64,000 nucleotides of DNA from Podarcis vaucheri. Lineage: Eukaryota. The stretch lies in NCBI GenBank assembly GCA_965113315.1, contig OZ220363.1; one strand, 5' to 3'. The notes under the pieces were generated by a model, which was given only the letters and a program-made list of their open reading frames with translations, made no database searches and was not told where the DNA came from. The translations under genes and the position numbers were made by a program. Positions 38,647 through 52,490 of the stretch are shown in pieces; the first letter of the stretch is position 1; every line of letters begins with the position of its first letter.

Positions 38647-41174
38647 GTAAGGAAAGGGCACCCACTCACCTGATGGGAGCTGGTTTTTTTCTGTGTTCGA
38701 AAGGTTGGAGTGCTGGGAGGAGACGTTCACAGGGTGGCTCAACCATGCATCCAACAAATTATAGTGTGTGGGGTAGGGGATGGGGATGGGTGTTCCAGTT
38801 ACTGTGAATGTTTTCTTTCAGCCATTTGGCACTGTGTTGTCCAGCTGCTGAACGGAATACATTTCCTTATTTCCTTCCATTTTCTAGCAGTATTGAGAAA
38901 ATGACTTGGTTTGCAAACAGCTTTAATGAAAGGGTTTGCTTTCAGCAATAGCTGTGTTTGCTCTGAGAGTGTTTTGCCTTGGTTCTTTCACTGAAATAAC
39001 ATGCAAGAATAGTCAGACAATTATACTCTTGGCTTTAAGTAGAATGTTCCCTCGCTATACATATTATAATTGAAGAAGGGTATTGAAACGGTTTGATGAG
39101 CTTTTGATATTAATGACTCCGGCTGATGGATTCTTGACTATGGTTGTAATATGAGTCAGTAAAGCTGAGATTTGCTACATTGGTCACTGAAAGTGACCTG
39201 TTAGTACGTAAAAACATATATAGAAACTTGCCCATTTTTATTTAGTAGAGGAACTTCAGCTATCCAACTCTAGAAGTAGAGGGGAAACCCCACTCAAATT
39301 TCCAAATGCATTCTAATAGTTGTTTTTCTTTGAATTCTATCTTGGCAGAAATTGGAATGAATAAATGATATGCTTGGATTTGTAAAGAAAAATGCTTATT
39401 TTATAACATTACCTTTATAACAACAATTTTGTCAGGCTTTATATGATTATTTTATAACAATGTGCAATGTTACATTTATAACAATGTAACAATGAATCAA
39501 AATAGGTATATAATTTTGTTTATAAGCATATTGATCTGGATACCTTTCAGTAAGCTTTAAGTCATTCTAACTGTTGTACCTGGATTATGAAAGTTAGTAT
39601 AATAGACAGGGATAATATCATTTTATTTCTGTAGGTAAAATAAGCTGAAACAAAACCAAAATAAATCACGGGGCTAAATTATCAGAAACAATTATTACAT
39701 TAACACATTATGTTGCTGATAAGATGTATTGTAATTTAAATTAAATACTTTCATTTAAATTAATGTTTATTTTTGTTGACAAAAACAAGCTTATTCAACA
39801 TTTAAGCCTGATTCCTATTAATAATTCTTAGGGATCTGAAACTGTTAAATGCAAGTTGTTCTTAGTTCTGTCAAAGTCGAGTGCTTATGAACTGCTTACT
39901 TTTTGTAATGTTCAGTCTTCTGTCTGAGTGCTATAAAATCAATACTTTTGTTCTTCATTTTTTCAAAAAAGATTTTTAAGTTTAATAATGACAAATGTTA
40001 TAGAAAAAATAAATGAAAGAAAAAATATTTTAAAAAGCAATAAAGTTGTTACAATTGCTAAGGAATAGGGTGCAGTTCTACAATTTACTGAGTCAATAAT
40101 AAAACACACCAAGTAGAAAAGGATGCATGTCTATAATTAGGTTTTATTTGGTACAGTACAAAGTTACTTTTTATCTTCTTTTTTTAAGTAAAATTTTATA
40201 ATGATTTTGCTTTGGGCTGTCAAACCATTTGTAATTATTTCATTTGTAATTTAATTTCTTTATAATTAAATTATACACCAGAACTATATCAACTGCCATG
40301 TCTTTTAAAGTATATTTTCCCTTCATTCTTCTTTCTGGTTCTTATTTTCTGAATGAGGAAAGAAGTTAGTCACTTTGTACAGCTTAATTAGGCTCCTCAA
40401 TATGAGTCTGTTTCTTGATCTTGTTTTTCTCCACTTTTTGTTTCTGGAGAGGTTTTGCAGAGAGAAAAATATTCTGCACAATCACAATCACAATAATTAA
40501 ATCAACTGCTGATAAGGCCAAAAATTTGCTTTTATGAAAAGCATCCAAGGAATGATAACAACCATTCAGTTGCCGCTTTTCAAGCTGTTGATCCTTAATC
40601 CCTCACTCCAAACAATTCTAACTTGAACATAAATATTTGGCAGATGTAACTGAAATGGGAACATCATCAGTTTGGGTAATTTAAGACCATATTAATGGAA
40701 CTGAAGTAGTTAAACTCAGGAGAGGAGGGTAGACCAAGAGTGGATAATCTCAAAACTATGGGGAAATGGCAGACAGTTCATCAGCACCCATTGAAAAACT
40801 GCTGATGCTCACCAGTTGAGTTGAGCCAGTGACAACACCCACATGTGACTCAGACACAGAATGTGTCAGTGAAGTCAGATCATTGGGGACACACCCCAGT
40901 CTACTTCTCTGCATCAAACACACTCCGCAGTGCTAAAGTGCCCTCACTCCATCAGCTCTAGTGCCTCAGCCAGCAATGATCCTCCATTGCAAGTCTTCAG
41001 ATATCCCTTCAGGCAGGTGCTATTGTTTTGGCGTGCAACACACAGACTGAAAAAGGAAGGGCACACAACATAGTACCCACAGAGAGCACATGCATCCTTT
41101 TTGGGACAAGAATTCAAGACATATCCCAGGACAGAAAGATTCTTGCCAAGCAGCCAAGGGGAGAGGCCATAGAG

Positions 41175-41310
41175 CAGGCATCCCCAACCTTCAGCCCTCC
41201 AGATGTTTTGGACTACAACTCCCATCATCCCTGACCACTGGTCCTGTTAGCTAGGGATCATGGGAGTTGTAAGCCAAAACATCTGGAGGGCTGCAGGTTG
41301 GGGGTGCCTG
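41175..41310. mobile_element. hAT-type palindromic MITE with 8-bp TSD
   Basis: CCATAGAG on both sides (41167-41174 and 41311-41318); CAGGCA...TGCCTG termini; the element is one long hairpin. Confidence 0.9.
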
Positions 41311-43248
41311 CCATAGAGGCACACCGACAGCAGCAACCTCCCGTGGTTCACTGCATATGGCATGGGAATAGAAAGCAAGAAACAGGAGTTCAAGACTCAT
41401 CAGGGAAAAGGGATGAGGAATGACCCCATTCAGCTTTTGTTTATGAGCACATACGCAATCATGGAAGGGGGGAAATAAAGGGAACTCATTGCATTCAATC
41501 CATAGTACAACATCACTGAGCAGTTCTTAACTAATTAGACCAAAGCAACGGATAGGAATTGGACACAACATGGGTCATTGGGTCTTTCCCCATCCCCATG
41601 TGGTTAAGTTACATTGATGGTTGTTACTTTGTCCCCCCACCTTGCTGTTTTAATGTTTTCTGACTGGTTTATTGCAATTAATTTTGCTGTTGGTTAAATT
41701 GTTGTGTTGATGTTTTGACTTAGTTTATTGGGTTTCACTGAGGAGAGATGGATATAAATATTTTAAATAAACAAGTAAATATTCACAGCACTTGTTGCAA
41801 TACTATTTGCTCCCTTCCCCTGGTGGCTCCAGCATTTCAAGTCGGGTTTTGCCAACTGGGTCCTAGATTGTAGTTCATTTGCTTTGTGTCAGATCCATCT
41901 CCTTGGAAGTAGGGAGAGGGGATTAAAGGTAAAGTTGAGGCAAGGCATTTGGTTATTAGTCTTTGTGCAAACAACTGCATGGAATATTTATTTATACATT
42001 TATTTGTAAAACTTATACCCTGGTCTTCCAATGCATTTACTACTTGCCTTGTGCAGTTTAGTTTAAAACCGTTGCAAAATAAACATTTACATAAAAGAAA
42101 TAGCAGCATAAAATCAGAACGGGTTTAGCAGATAAAAACATTCTAAAAGGGTGTAGATGGGCTAATATTTTTTAAAGTCCATGTTATTTCAGATTGTTGG
42201 CCTCATCACTTGAAGGTTGTGAGCTGATGATACTGAAAATGTGTGTACTGTTGAATATTGCTGGTGTCATTAGAGCCACATTATGGACCTCAAGTCCAGT
42301 GCCCTGTGCAGTCAGAGCCCTAGCAGCAACATGTAGGTGTGCTAGGAAGCAGAACAACGTGGTGTCTGGCTTAATCTCTGAAATTTTCACCCTAGATAAA
42401 GAGTGAGTGCAAGCTCACCCTATCAGCCACCACTCAGGGGTGGTGAGGGCAGTACGGCAGTGAGAAGGTGGGCCAGGGGACTTGGTCCAACCTCTTATTG
42501 CTTCAGGGCCTTATTGGCTGTGAGCCCCCAAAGCTAGAACTAATTGGCTGAACTTGCTGCTGCTCTTGTCCTGTTGTGGAAATGATTTAAACTAAAATGG
42601 TGGGTAGCTGGAGGCTTGGTACACGTTTTGGTACTCAGCTATAGTGGCCTTCTCAGCCATCTGGGGAAGAAGGAAGAAGAGTACTGTTGCTGTTTCTGCC
42701 CAGCTGGGCTGATGGTAGGGTTGCCATATTGCCCAGTTGGTTGGGTTTTATCCAGATGGCTTTGCCACCCAATGCCTATTTGCATGATTAGTTCCTCCTC
42801 CTGAAAGTTATTTAGCATAGACCTTACAGATTCCCTCATTTGAGAGAAAATGTGCAGGCACTATTTTATCCAAACATTTTGTGAGAAATGCATCTCGTTT
42901 CTCTTTCGATGCTCTTAGCCGATGAGTGAAGTTACAGCTATGATTGACACTTGGGAGATAACTGCAAACCATAGAGATAACAGACTATAGAGTCACAACC
43001 TTGTGTCTGCAAAAGGAATATCTACATGATAAAAAGATTCCTTTTGGTAACTACATGGCCTTAGCCTCAAATGCATTATGGGTTATCTTATGCTTAAAAC
43101 TTGAATCCTTTTTTGAAATTTGATTTAAAGCTTGATGGCAAACATGAGCATGTGTTACAACATCTTTTAAAACTATGTTTCTAAAGAGTTATAAGCCCTT
43201 CACAGTGCCATGCTTTTTTAGATTAATTTTTTTATCCTTTCTGTACAG

Positions 43249-43336
43249 GAATTTGGAACATCAGTTTATAACTCTTCATCTACTACAGTATCTTCCAGGC
43301 AAAGAAAATTTCACAACACAATTTGTGAATCATCCA
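43249..43336 (+). CDS. OTOG: Otogelin exon 4 (EFGTSVYNSSSTTVSSRQRKFHNTICESS)
   Basis: 88 nt, CAG/GTAAG, phase 0->1; aligns with SSWERRLHRAKCAPS. Confidence 0.85.
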
Positions 43337-43365
43337 GTAAGCTCCCTCTTTGTTCTGTTTTAAAT

Positions 43366-43450
43366 CTGTTGGGAGCCGTCCAGAGTGGCTGGGGAAACCC
43401 AGATGGATGGGCGGGGTATATAATAATGATGATGATGATGATGATGATGT
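43366..43450 (+). mobile_element. 5'-truncated LINE tail with microsatellite
   Basis: CCAGAGTGGCTGGGGAAACCCAG..GATGGGCGGGGTATA + (AAT/GAT)n; further copies at about 61178-61260 (+) and 57110-57187 (-). Confidence 0.75.
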
Positions 43451-45616
43451 GATTATGGTTATTTTTAAAAATCACTGACCACAGTAACATGTGTCCCCAC
43501 TTCACACTTCTCATTATTGACTATGTACATGCAAACAAGATGCCTGCTTGCTAAGTATTAAAATGTTTGCAGTTTTAGAGTTTATATAGTCTGGATGAAG
43601 TATCTAAACAAAGTTTGATAAAGTAGCATGAAAGGGGAAGTAAGGGAGAGGTGATAGCTGTGTCTAGAATACATTAGGAAATACAACAAAATCTGTGAGT
43701 GGTATTCACACCTCCTTCACTCAGAGTTGACCCATTGAAAGCAATATATCTCACATAGTCATGTTCATTAATTTCATTGGCTTTACTCTGAGTAACTCCT
43801 AGTTGAATACCACCCCATATGTTGTAAAAGAATTTATGACAAACTTCCCTTAGACATGAAATTGACTAGGTTGGAATTTTTCACTATGCCAAGTGATTTG
43901 TATGGGACGTGTGGAAGCTCCTCCAAGGAGGAAAAGGAATGAAAATACATTTGCTTTATGGGGAGGTTCACCTTCATTTATATTCACACACTTAATAACC
44001 TACTGATGTAGGATAATGGTTAGTTCCAAAATAGTGGAAGGGAAGAATTTAGTTCTTCTGTTCCATAGAAATAATAAACTTTGTATAGCCAGAGGCAAAG
44101 GGCAAGACAAAGTAAAAGACAAGAATCCAGAAGAGTAAATGGAGCCAGAGAGTGGAACATGTCATGTGTGAAAGCCCCATATATAAGAGGGAAATTTATA
44201 AGGTCTTCTAGCAGGAGGAATTCTATGGATCACTAGCTCCATTAATAGCATTTCTATTAAAATTCTCCAGTGCTGGCATCACAAACTGGGCAAATGTAGA
44301 AGCAGGCACTGGGGCAAAATTGGTAATGAAAATATTAATAAAATGAACCTAGAACAGGACATCAGATGGAAAATTGCCTTTGAAATTTAATTGGCTTTTG
44401 AATTGCCATTTTCAAAGTCTGTCTGCAGCTCTCTTGCCAGCTGGTTAATGGTGGATTACAGGATGAATACAATGAATATTATTATTTCTGGCTTATCTGG
44501 CAACGTCAAAAGCTATTTACCTGGTATTTAAGCATTGGCTTACAGTATTTTTCAGGATCCTAAATTAATGGGAGCTGATCCTTCTCAACAACACAGAATA
44601 TGAGCCTAGAGCTTATTAAATTTAACTCTTATTACACTGAGTCTACATCTTCATATTCCTTATGAAACTGGGTCACTTGAAAGTATTACTGGTGATTTTG
44701 TTAAAAAATAGTTTTCTAATTGATTGTTATTTGTCACACATTATTTATGTGGTATGTAGAAATATGATTCAGAAGTTTTCCAGTGATATTAGATCACTTG
44801 TAAATGTCAATTTGTATGCTTAAATAGTTAATTTATTTTATAAACTAAATATTGGGAGGGGAGAAAAAGATGATTTTTGCAAACTATTACAGATACTGGG
44901 CTGGATCAACAGGTTCCTTCTGTGAATGAAAGGGGTGCTTCTGTGAATATTAGACTCCTTCCATGAGTGGAAGGGAATCTTTGGATCCTGTTACTTCTGC
45001 TATTTAATACTGCGCTGTGCATTTTATAGAAGATGGAATGTTTCTTTGCCTAGAGGATGGGAATCATTACATGCTGCAGAAGGAGCAGGTATATGTGTCT
45101 ATGGTGTTCCTTTAACACGTGAGAATGATACCCATCTATTTTTGAGGTGTCATTGCCCTTGGATTAGGAGCCTTTTATCTGGAAGGGAAACTTTGGATGC
45201 AGCCCATCCCATGCAAAAAACTGCAACAAGTAGTAATAGCTCTGAGTCCAAACAAAGTCTATGGTTTGGCTCCCATATGTTAGGGGAAATTGCAGGTCTA
45301 CATGGTACCCACTAATTGCAGGGAGGTACCCACTAACATCTGTAATGTATGATGTACCTATAAGTAGGACGATTTATAAATGCTTAGCAGTAGCCAACAC
45401 TCTATCACATGTTGGTAACAAAAACATTTTTCTCAGTTAAGAGATGCGTGATTTTCAGTCCACAAATGAGATGCAAACAATTGTTTTCTGAGAAAACCCT
45501 TGCAGTCCATTATCTGAAACATGTGTTGCTATTATCTACTTTCATGTGTCCATATAATTACCCCTTAACATGTATATGACTTGCAAATAAAGGATTATGC
45601 ATTCTGTCTTAATTAG

Positions 45617-45709
45617 ATTCATTCACATGCTTTAATGGAGGTGAGTGCGTGCATTGGCAACTGTGTGACTGTAGTCGATATAATGCAACTGGATCAAGAT
45701 GTCAGAAAA
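45617..45709 (+). CDS. OTOG: Otogelin exon 5, EGF-like ([30 protein letters not shown])
   Basis: 93 nt, TAG/GTGAG, phase 1->1; CFNGGEC EGF motif. Confidence 0.95.
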
Positions 45710-45976
45710 GTGAGTAGAAAGTAGTTTGCATGTTACATATTGTGTCTAGCATGACATAAGACCCACACTTATAGCTTTACTGGCAAACCTCTTTTCAGAA
45801 GAAGGCTCAATTGTATTCTTGGGCCTTTTTGAAGAGGTGATGGATATAGTAATTGATGGGTATAGTAAATAAACTACATGTTTTGTTTATTGATTTTAAT
45901 TGATAATTTGTGTCCCACCTTTCCTCCAAATGATGATCAAAGCAGTTAATCACAATGATACGAATGCAATAAGATA

Positions 45977-46237
45977 CAGTGGATGCTTGGGTGGCGAACG
46001 TGATCTGTGCAGGAAGCATGTTCGCAACCTGCAGCGTCCACAACCTGCAGCGCCACATCTGTGCACGAGCGGGTCACGATTTGGCACTTCTGCGCATGCA
46101 CAAAGCACGATTTAGTGCTTCTGCAGATGTGCAATTGCCAAAACCCGGAAGTAACCTGTTCCGGTACTTCCGGGTTCGGTGTGGTGCGCAACCCAAAATC
46201 GTGCAACACGAAGCATCTGTAACCCGAGGTATGACTG
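45977..46237 (+). mobile_element. Tc1/mariner-type MITE, family B
   Basis: TA|CAGTGGA ... GAGGTATGACTG|TA; reverse-complement homologue at 58875. Confidence 0.85.
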
Positions 46238-46474
46238 TATTACAAAATAACCCTGCTTATGTATATTATTATGTGTATTAACACACCTGTGTATTATCAA
46301 TAATTGTTTTATGTACACTCCTTTTTAAAATTAAGTATATGTTTTGCTAAATAAATAAATATTTAAACATTCCTCCTTTTTGGGAGCTCACCCCAAGAAG
46401 AGGAGTAGGCATTAGTGAGAGATCCTGTTTCAAAAATTGATTTCCCCGCATCTCTTTTCATTTTTCTGCCATAG

Positions 46475-46629
46475 TATACAACACAGGTGCAGAACGAGAC
46501 CACATTTGCCGAACATGGGGACAATACCATTATGAAACCTTTGATGGGCTCTACTACTTTTTCTCTGGAAAATCTACATACACTCTCTTAAGGCAGAATG
46601 AATTGGACGAACAGAGCTTCTCTATACAA
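46475..46629 (+). CDS. OTOG: Otogelin exon 6, VWD1 start ([27 protein letters not shown]...QSFSIQ)
   Basis: 155 nt, TAG/GTGAG, phase 1->0; WG..H.ETFDG VWD motif. Confidence 0.96.
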
Positions 46630-47059
46630 GTGAGAAATGACAGTGTAAAGTTCATTCCAAATCATTTAAAATAAATCTGATTTGCAATAAATATGAGCAT
46701 TTCATGCATTATTATCATTATTATTATTAGTAGTAGTAGTATTAAAAAAAAAAAAAACCCACTGTGAGAATTGTTTGATTCTGTTCCTTCCTGCTAGTTC
46801 TTGAACTGATAGTTCCAGTGGGTTGGGCTGCTTGTACGGTTTGACTTGCAAGCAATCCTTCAGCATGCATGGTGCTGTGGAGCATATGGGTATCATTTCC
46901 CAGAGCTGATCAAGATTGTGAGTGACAACTATACCTACTGCTGCCTAGCCTAGCTCATTGGAAACTGAAAGGAGTTGAGTGAGGAGAGCCTGGAGGGCTC
47001 GGAAGAAGTTGTTATGGTCAGTGCCAAGACTCAGGCTATCCTGGAGGCCTTCCTCCAAT

Positions 47060-47295
47060 AGAGAGCCAGTATGGTGTACTGGTCAAAGTATCAGACTAGG
47101 ATCTTGGAGGCCAGTGTTCAAATCTCCACTTGGCCATGAAATTGAATGGGTGATCTTGGGCCAGTCACTGCCTCTCAACCTAACCTACATCATAGGGTTG
47201 TTGAGGGGATTAAATGAGGAGGGGGAAAGCCATGTGCGCCACCTTGTGCTCCTTGAAGAAAAAGGTGGATATAAATGCAATAAAAATGAATGAAT
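47060..47295 (+). mobile_element. tRNA-derived CORE/MIR-like SINE
   Basis: Box A-like TGGTGTACTGG, box B-like GTTCAAATC, TGATCTTGGGCCAGTCAC core, AAT/GAAT tail. Confidence 0.75.
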
Positions 47296-47984
47296 GTGGC
47301 TCAAGTAATATAGGAGGGAGGGAGGGAGGGAACTACAACTTACCATGGCTGTAATCATACACACAAATGGGAGCAAGGCCCATTGAATTCAACAGGACTT
47401 GCTGCTGAGTAGACATGCATAGTGTACGCTGCTTTCCCCTAAAATCACAAGTAAAGTGCTTCTGTGTACATGAGGGGTGAAGAATGCTGATCTTTCTTAT
47501 TGGTAGTAGTCTATGTCTCATGAAATGTCATGGTGGGTTTCCCAAAGCTATTGGAGTGGTTTGGGAGGGCCTGCAGTAGGGGAATAACTAAAAAGCACGT
47601 GCACTCTTTGGTTGTTGTAAGATCCATGTGTTATCCATAGTCTGAGGCTATAAAGAATGTGGATGAATAATCTCACTATGCCAAGATATTCCAAGTTTCC
47701 AGTTTTCCAAATGCTTTCTGCTTTTGTTTGTGCCATCAAATTATACTCTTTGATGGTGCACAAAAATCTGGGTCAGTTTCTGTTTTATTTGATTGAGAAG
47801 AGCTCTGTTGGATGAGACCACAGTCCTTTCTAGATGAGCATTTTGTTCTGGCAGTGGCCAAGCAGATGCCTTTAGGATGCTGACAGCCAGGATATGAGCA
47901 CAATAGCACTATCCTGCTTGTGTTCCCCAGTAATTGGTATTCAGAGGCATGGAAATGCTGGTATTCAAAAGGAGTACTCCTTCA

Positions 47985-48290
47985 CACATGCAGTCAAGTC
48001 CCACAAGATGTAGTGATGGTCACTAACTAGGATAGCTTTAAAAGGGGGTTGATTAGCCAAATGAAAATGGGATAAAACTGTCAATGGCTACTAGGCATGA
48101 CGGCTATGTACTACTTCCAGTGTCAGAGGCAGTATCTGAGAACCTGATGCTGGGGAGCACAAGTGAGAAGAGGATTGTTGCACTCCTATTCTGGTTGCTG
48201 GCTTCCCATCGGTATCTGGTTGTCCACTGTGTGAAAAGGATACTGGACTGGGGACTTTTATTTGTATCATGGCTCCTCTTGTACTGACTC
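47985..48290 (+). mobile_element. CR1-type LINE 3' end
   Basis: CCACAAGATGTAGTGATGG..ACT..GGATAGCTTTAAAAGGGG followed by a 3'UTR-like segment also seen at about 59200-59398 (+) and 47800-47960 (-). Confidence 0.65.
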
Positions 48291-48560
48291 TGACACTGGA
48301 GGTAATATAGCCTTTGACTGAATGGATTTATATTCTACCTTTCCTCCAGTGGTGACCAGGAGGCTGAATATGGTTCTCCAGTTTATCTTGAAGTGAATAA
48401 ATATGAGATATGGAATGCTACTGTATTTAAAGGAATATATAAGAGATGCTCACAGAGGCTGCAATTTCAAAGTCATTTTGGGGCCACATTCCTAAAGCAG
48501 TATGTGAAATGCCAAAAATATAGTTGTTGCTAAAATACTTATTTCTCCCATTTTTGGCAG

Positions 48561-48679
48561 GTCCATAATGATCCAGATTGCAAGTCTTCTCCATATTCCT
48601 GTAAACGATCAATTAGCCTATACTTTTCTGGAGACGGGGAAATCAGATTAAGTAGTGAGGTCACCTACAAAGGGATTGG
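48561..48679 (+). CDS. OTOG: Otogelin exon 7 (VHNDPDCKSSPYSCKRSISLYFSGDGEIRLSSEVTYKGI)
   Basis: 119 nt, CAG/GTAAA, phase 0->2. Confidence 0.95.
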
Positions 48680-49278
48680 GTAAATTCAATGTATACTCTC
48701 ATGATCTGTGGTGTTTTTATTTGCCATGTTCTTTTGATATGCAGAGATGTAGGCCCCTTAATTGATTCGTAACTATATGCTATCTTCATGCCTACAAATT
48801 AGTCATGTTTGTGGGTGAAACGAACTCAGTAATGTTCATATTAATAATACAGTAATTCAGTTGGCAAGTCATTTTAAGTTTATAATTTGTAACCCTAAGT
48901 CAGAAAAAAATAGTGTGTGTACATTTCTTCAGAAATGAGGGCATAATCTAAGAGTGATATAAGTGATTGGAAACAAAAATAGCATCATTGATTGATAGCG
49001 GAATGCAGTAATTACTATAATTGGAAAGAGATTATTTATTTATTTCCCCATGAGGCGTCCAAAAAAATTTGCAATATAATTAAAATATTAAACGGTTAAA
49101 AAAACTGCATAAATGCAAACAATTACACACACACAAAACAAACAAACAAACAAACAAACAAACAAACAAGCATTTTAAAACAGCACATACATAAAATCAA
49201 TTCTGACCCAATATCAATGCCAACTGGGTATTCAAGAGGTCTGTTGAAAGAGGAACATCTTTAGCAGGCACTGATAGG

Positions 49279-49627
49279 AAAGGTAAAGGTGAAGGTAAAG
49301 GTAAAAGACCCTGGATGGATAAGCCCAGTCAAATGTGACTATGGGGTGCGGCACTCATCTTACTTCATGTGGTCAGTGTGACTAAACCGCTTCCAGCACT
49401 ACTGAACACCCTGACAGAAGCCAGAGTGCATGGAAATATTGTTTACCTTCGTGCCACAGCAGTACCTATTTATCTACTTGCACTGGTGTGCTTTCGAACT
49501 GCTAGGTTGGCAGAAGCAGGGACAGAGCAACTGGAGCTCACCCCATTGCGGGGATTTGAACCGCTGACCTTCCAATAGGCAACCCCACGAGGCTCAGTGG
49601 TTTAGACCACAGTGCCACCCGCGTTCC
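49279..49627 (-). mobile_element. Sauria SINE
   Basis: On the minus strand: tRNA-like head (GCGGGTGGCACTGTGGTCTAAACC...GGTTCAAATCC), CTGCCAACCTAGCAGTTCGAAAGCA core and (ACCTTT)n tail. Confidence 0.85.
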
Positions 49628-49703
49628 TGCCTGTTTGATATATAATGGGTATAAAGGATGACAATGTATGTTTGTTTATCATGGTATTTGTTTGGCTTCC
49701 CAG

Positions 49704-49909
49704 GATACAATTACCATATACCATAGGGAACTTGTACATCCAAGCATTAGCTGGTTATGTCATTGTTAGACACCAGTATGCATTCTCTCTGGCTTGGGAT
49801 GGTACCTCTGCTGTTTATATTAAGATGGCTCCTGACTACTTGGGCAGAACTCATGGACTGTGTGGTAACAACAATGCCATTCTGCAAGATGAACTTGCCA
49901 CTAGTTATG
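49704..49909 (+). CDS. OTOG: Otogelin exon 8 ([68 protein letters not shown])
   Basis: 206 nt, CAG/GTGAG, phase 2->1; GLCGN VWD motif. Confidence 0.97.
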
Positions 49910-50556
49910 GTGAGTATTTCATCTAATTTATTAAGATGTTATTGTGTTCCTCAGCAGTTACAGGCCTTACTTAGAAAGAGCAAGACTGCTATAGCCCTCT
50001 TTTTGTCTTGTTTGACTTCCCTAAATGCCATAATTGCTATGACTTCATCCACTGGCTTAAAACACTGAAAGATGAGAGCAGGTTAGTTCTCACAAGAAAA
50101 ATGGGCAAAATAGTGACTGCACATTTTGCTTCATAACTCAGATTCTACATGGCTTGCTTTTTAAAATGAAAGCTGGGAATCTGGTACATTATGGCCAGTG
50201 GGATGGTGGAGGCACTGCCTATTAAATAGCTTCTGTCCATGAGCAGAAAGGGACCAGAATTTCTTCTTGTGTTGTTTTGAAATGGATTCTTTGTGATTTC
50301 TACATATACTTTTCTCTTCAATATTGATGGGCTTCATGTGCATTTTGTGTGCCAATGTCTTTATACCATTTCCCCCCGAGGACAAAATGTAATATAAGAA
50401 GTGGCCTTGGATGAGCTGTTGATTAGAATTTAGCATTAACAGGAGCAGTCACACTTCTATCTATCTGACAGAGATACTTTGTATTTCTTTCATAGCTTCC
50501 ATCTAAATCCGATCAATAAAAATGTTAATTTCCTGCATTTGTGCACTTTCCCCTAG

Positions 50557-50690
50557 GAAAACTTACTGAAGACATTGAAGAGTTTGTAGAAAGCTGGAGA
50601 GAAAATCCTCCACAGGAGAACATCTTCTCCTGGGATACCTCATTTAACTATGAGCCACCCTGTCTGACTCAAAGTCAAACATTTTTACAG
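50557..50690 (+). CDS. OTOG: Otogelin exon 9 (KLTEDIEEFVESWRENPPQENIFSWDTSFNYEPPCLTQSQTFLQ)
   Basis: 134 nt, TAG/GTAGG, phase 1->0. Confidence 0.95.
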
Positions 50691-51974
50691 GTAGGCACGA
50701 TAATTAATGTAAGGCAGGCACACTGGCTTGTTCCTGCGATTGAGGGGGCCGGTGCTCCACGACATGCTCACACTTTGTGCACATGCTGTGCAATATGCTG
50801 ATGTGTCGCATGCACATTATGTGGCATACATGAGTGATGTGAGTGTGGCATGAGCACATGGCATGAGCACATCACTGCAAAATATTGATGAGGCCCAGCC
50901 CCCTCCTTGAAAATTGCAGAGGCCCTCGGCCCCTTCTAGGTGACACCCCTGATGTAAGACATAAACTTGTATGAGAATGAATTCTGAAACTTCTTATTTA
51001 AAAAAAAATGACATAAATGACATCCTAATTGCAAAAAGAAACCGCTGCCCATCGTTATGGGATTGAGCCTCCTAGTTAAATAGCTGTGATGCATTGCTTA
51101 CATAATAAACATAGTTTTTGGATGGCTCACATGGCTTTATACTGGCTGAAATTGACATGACAGCAATTGAGCTAGCTGGGGTATAAATGGAAGATGATTT
51201 CAGATTCTATCTGCCTCCTGCTTTCAAGTTCATTTCTGATTTTACTCTCTACCTCAAAATATGTGGAAAATGTTATTTCCTAGAGGAGTGCTTAAGGTTC
51301 ATAGATTAAGTAGATTTCTTATCATGCTTGAGTTATTTTTAATTCCTCCTTTTATTTCATTCTTTGATATTATTATTCAGAGTTTCCTATTTTAGCATTC
51401 AAAGCCTGTAGCCAGCCAGTGGATTCCTGTGTTATCTAGTGCCAGAATTTAATCAGATAATTCTTCCTCACTTGTATTAAAATCTGTGAAAGAGCTTTTG
51501 TCTCCATAGACAGCTGTCCATAATGACAAAGAAAAAGTTCATCATAATTTTGGCTACCATATTTCAGTTTCATCAGAAAACGTATCCCATACCAAGTCTG
51601 CTTTAGATTTCCTGCATAGGGATGAGGAACAAAAATACCACCAGTTTGCTACTGGCCCTGGAGGGGGAAAAATTATTAGTGTTTATTCAAATAAAATCTG
51701 TCAACATACATATAGTATAGTGCATGTATTATGGAAATGTAATATGAGTATGTTTAATTACAAATTATACATCTGTGTTGAATCTGATAGACCTCATTTG
51801 AAACCTAAAATATAAACAATTCACATGCTAGATGAAATATGAATTCACAATGCTGCCTCTTCAACTAAAACCTGTAGATGGAATGGTACTCCATTCATGG
51901 ATCGTGGCATTCCTGCCTTCTCTATATAACACCCTGCACCTCCCTGGAAATCCACTCTTAAGGACTGGCTAGGC

Positions 51975-52110
51975 CAGGCACCCCCAAACTCTGCCCTCCA
52001 GATGTTTTGGGCCTACAACTCCCATGGTCCCTAGCTAGCAGGACCAGTGGTCAGGGATGATGGGAATTGTAGTCCCAAAGCATCTGGAGGGCCAAGTTTG
52101 GGGGTGCCTG
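51975..52110. mobile_element. hAT-type palindromic MITE (same family)
   Basis: CAGGCACCCCCAAACT ... AGTTTGGGGGTGCCTG perfect 16-bp TIR; more degraded relatives near 57420-57520 and 59968-60098. Confidence 0.87.
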
Positions 52111-52383
52111 GTAGGCTCTCTGGTACAGAGTGAGATGTGACATAGGAACCTGCAGCATGACATGGAAATAATAAAAAACCCAATCCCCCTTGTGCAAGCC
52201 TCCTACCCAGCTACATCTTTGCAGCCTTGCCAATCTTTCTAGGACCATTGCTGTCAGACTTTGGATTCAAAATCAAAGGCTGGATATTTATCAGATGATC
52301 TAGTTTCTAGACTATTTTTGTTTTTTTAAAAGCATTTTCTTAAAAAGCTTCTTTCTTCACACTAATTCTTTGTGTGTTTTCAG

Positions 52384-52490
52384 AGGACGTATGCATTCTG
52401 CAGCATTCTGCTCTGGAGCCCTTTCAAAGAGTGCCATGAATTTGTGAGCCCATTTCCTTTCATGGCCAGCTGCACAAATGATCTATGCAT
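52384..52490 (+). CDS. OTOG: Otogelin exon 10, C8 domain (RTYAFCSILLWSPFKECHEFVSPFPFMASCTNDLC)
   Basis: 107 nt, CAG/GTAAG, phase 0->2. Confidence 0.95.

Noticed and set aside
47060-47135. tRNA genes at box A/B-like motifs (also near 22150, 14650, 49560)
   Set aside because: No complete cloverleaf; each continues into a SINE body and tail.
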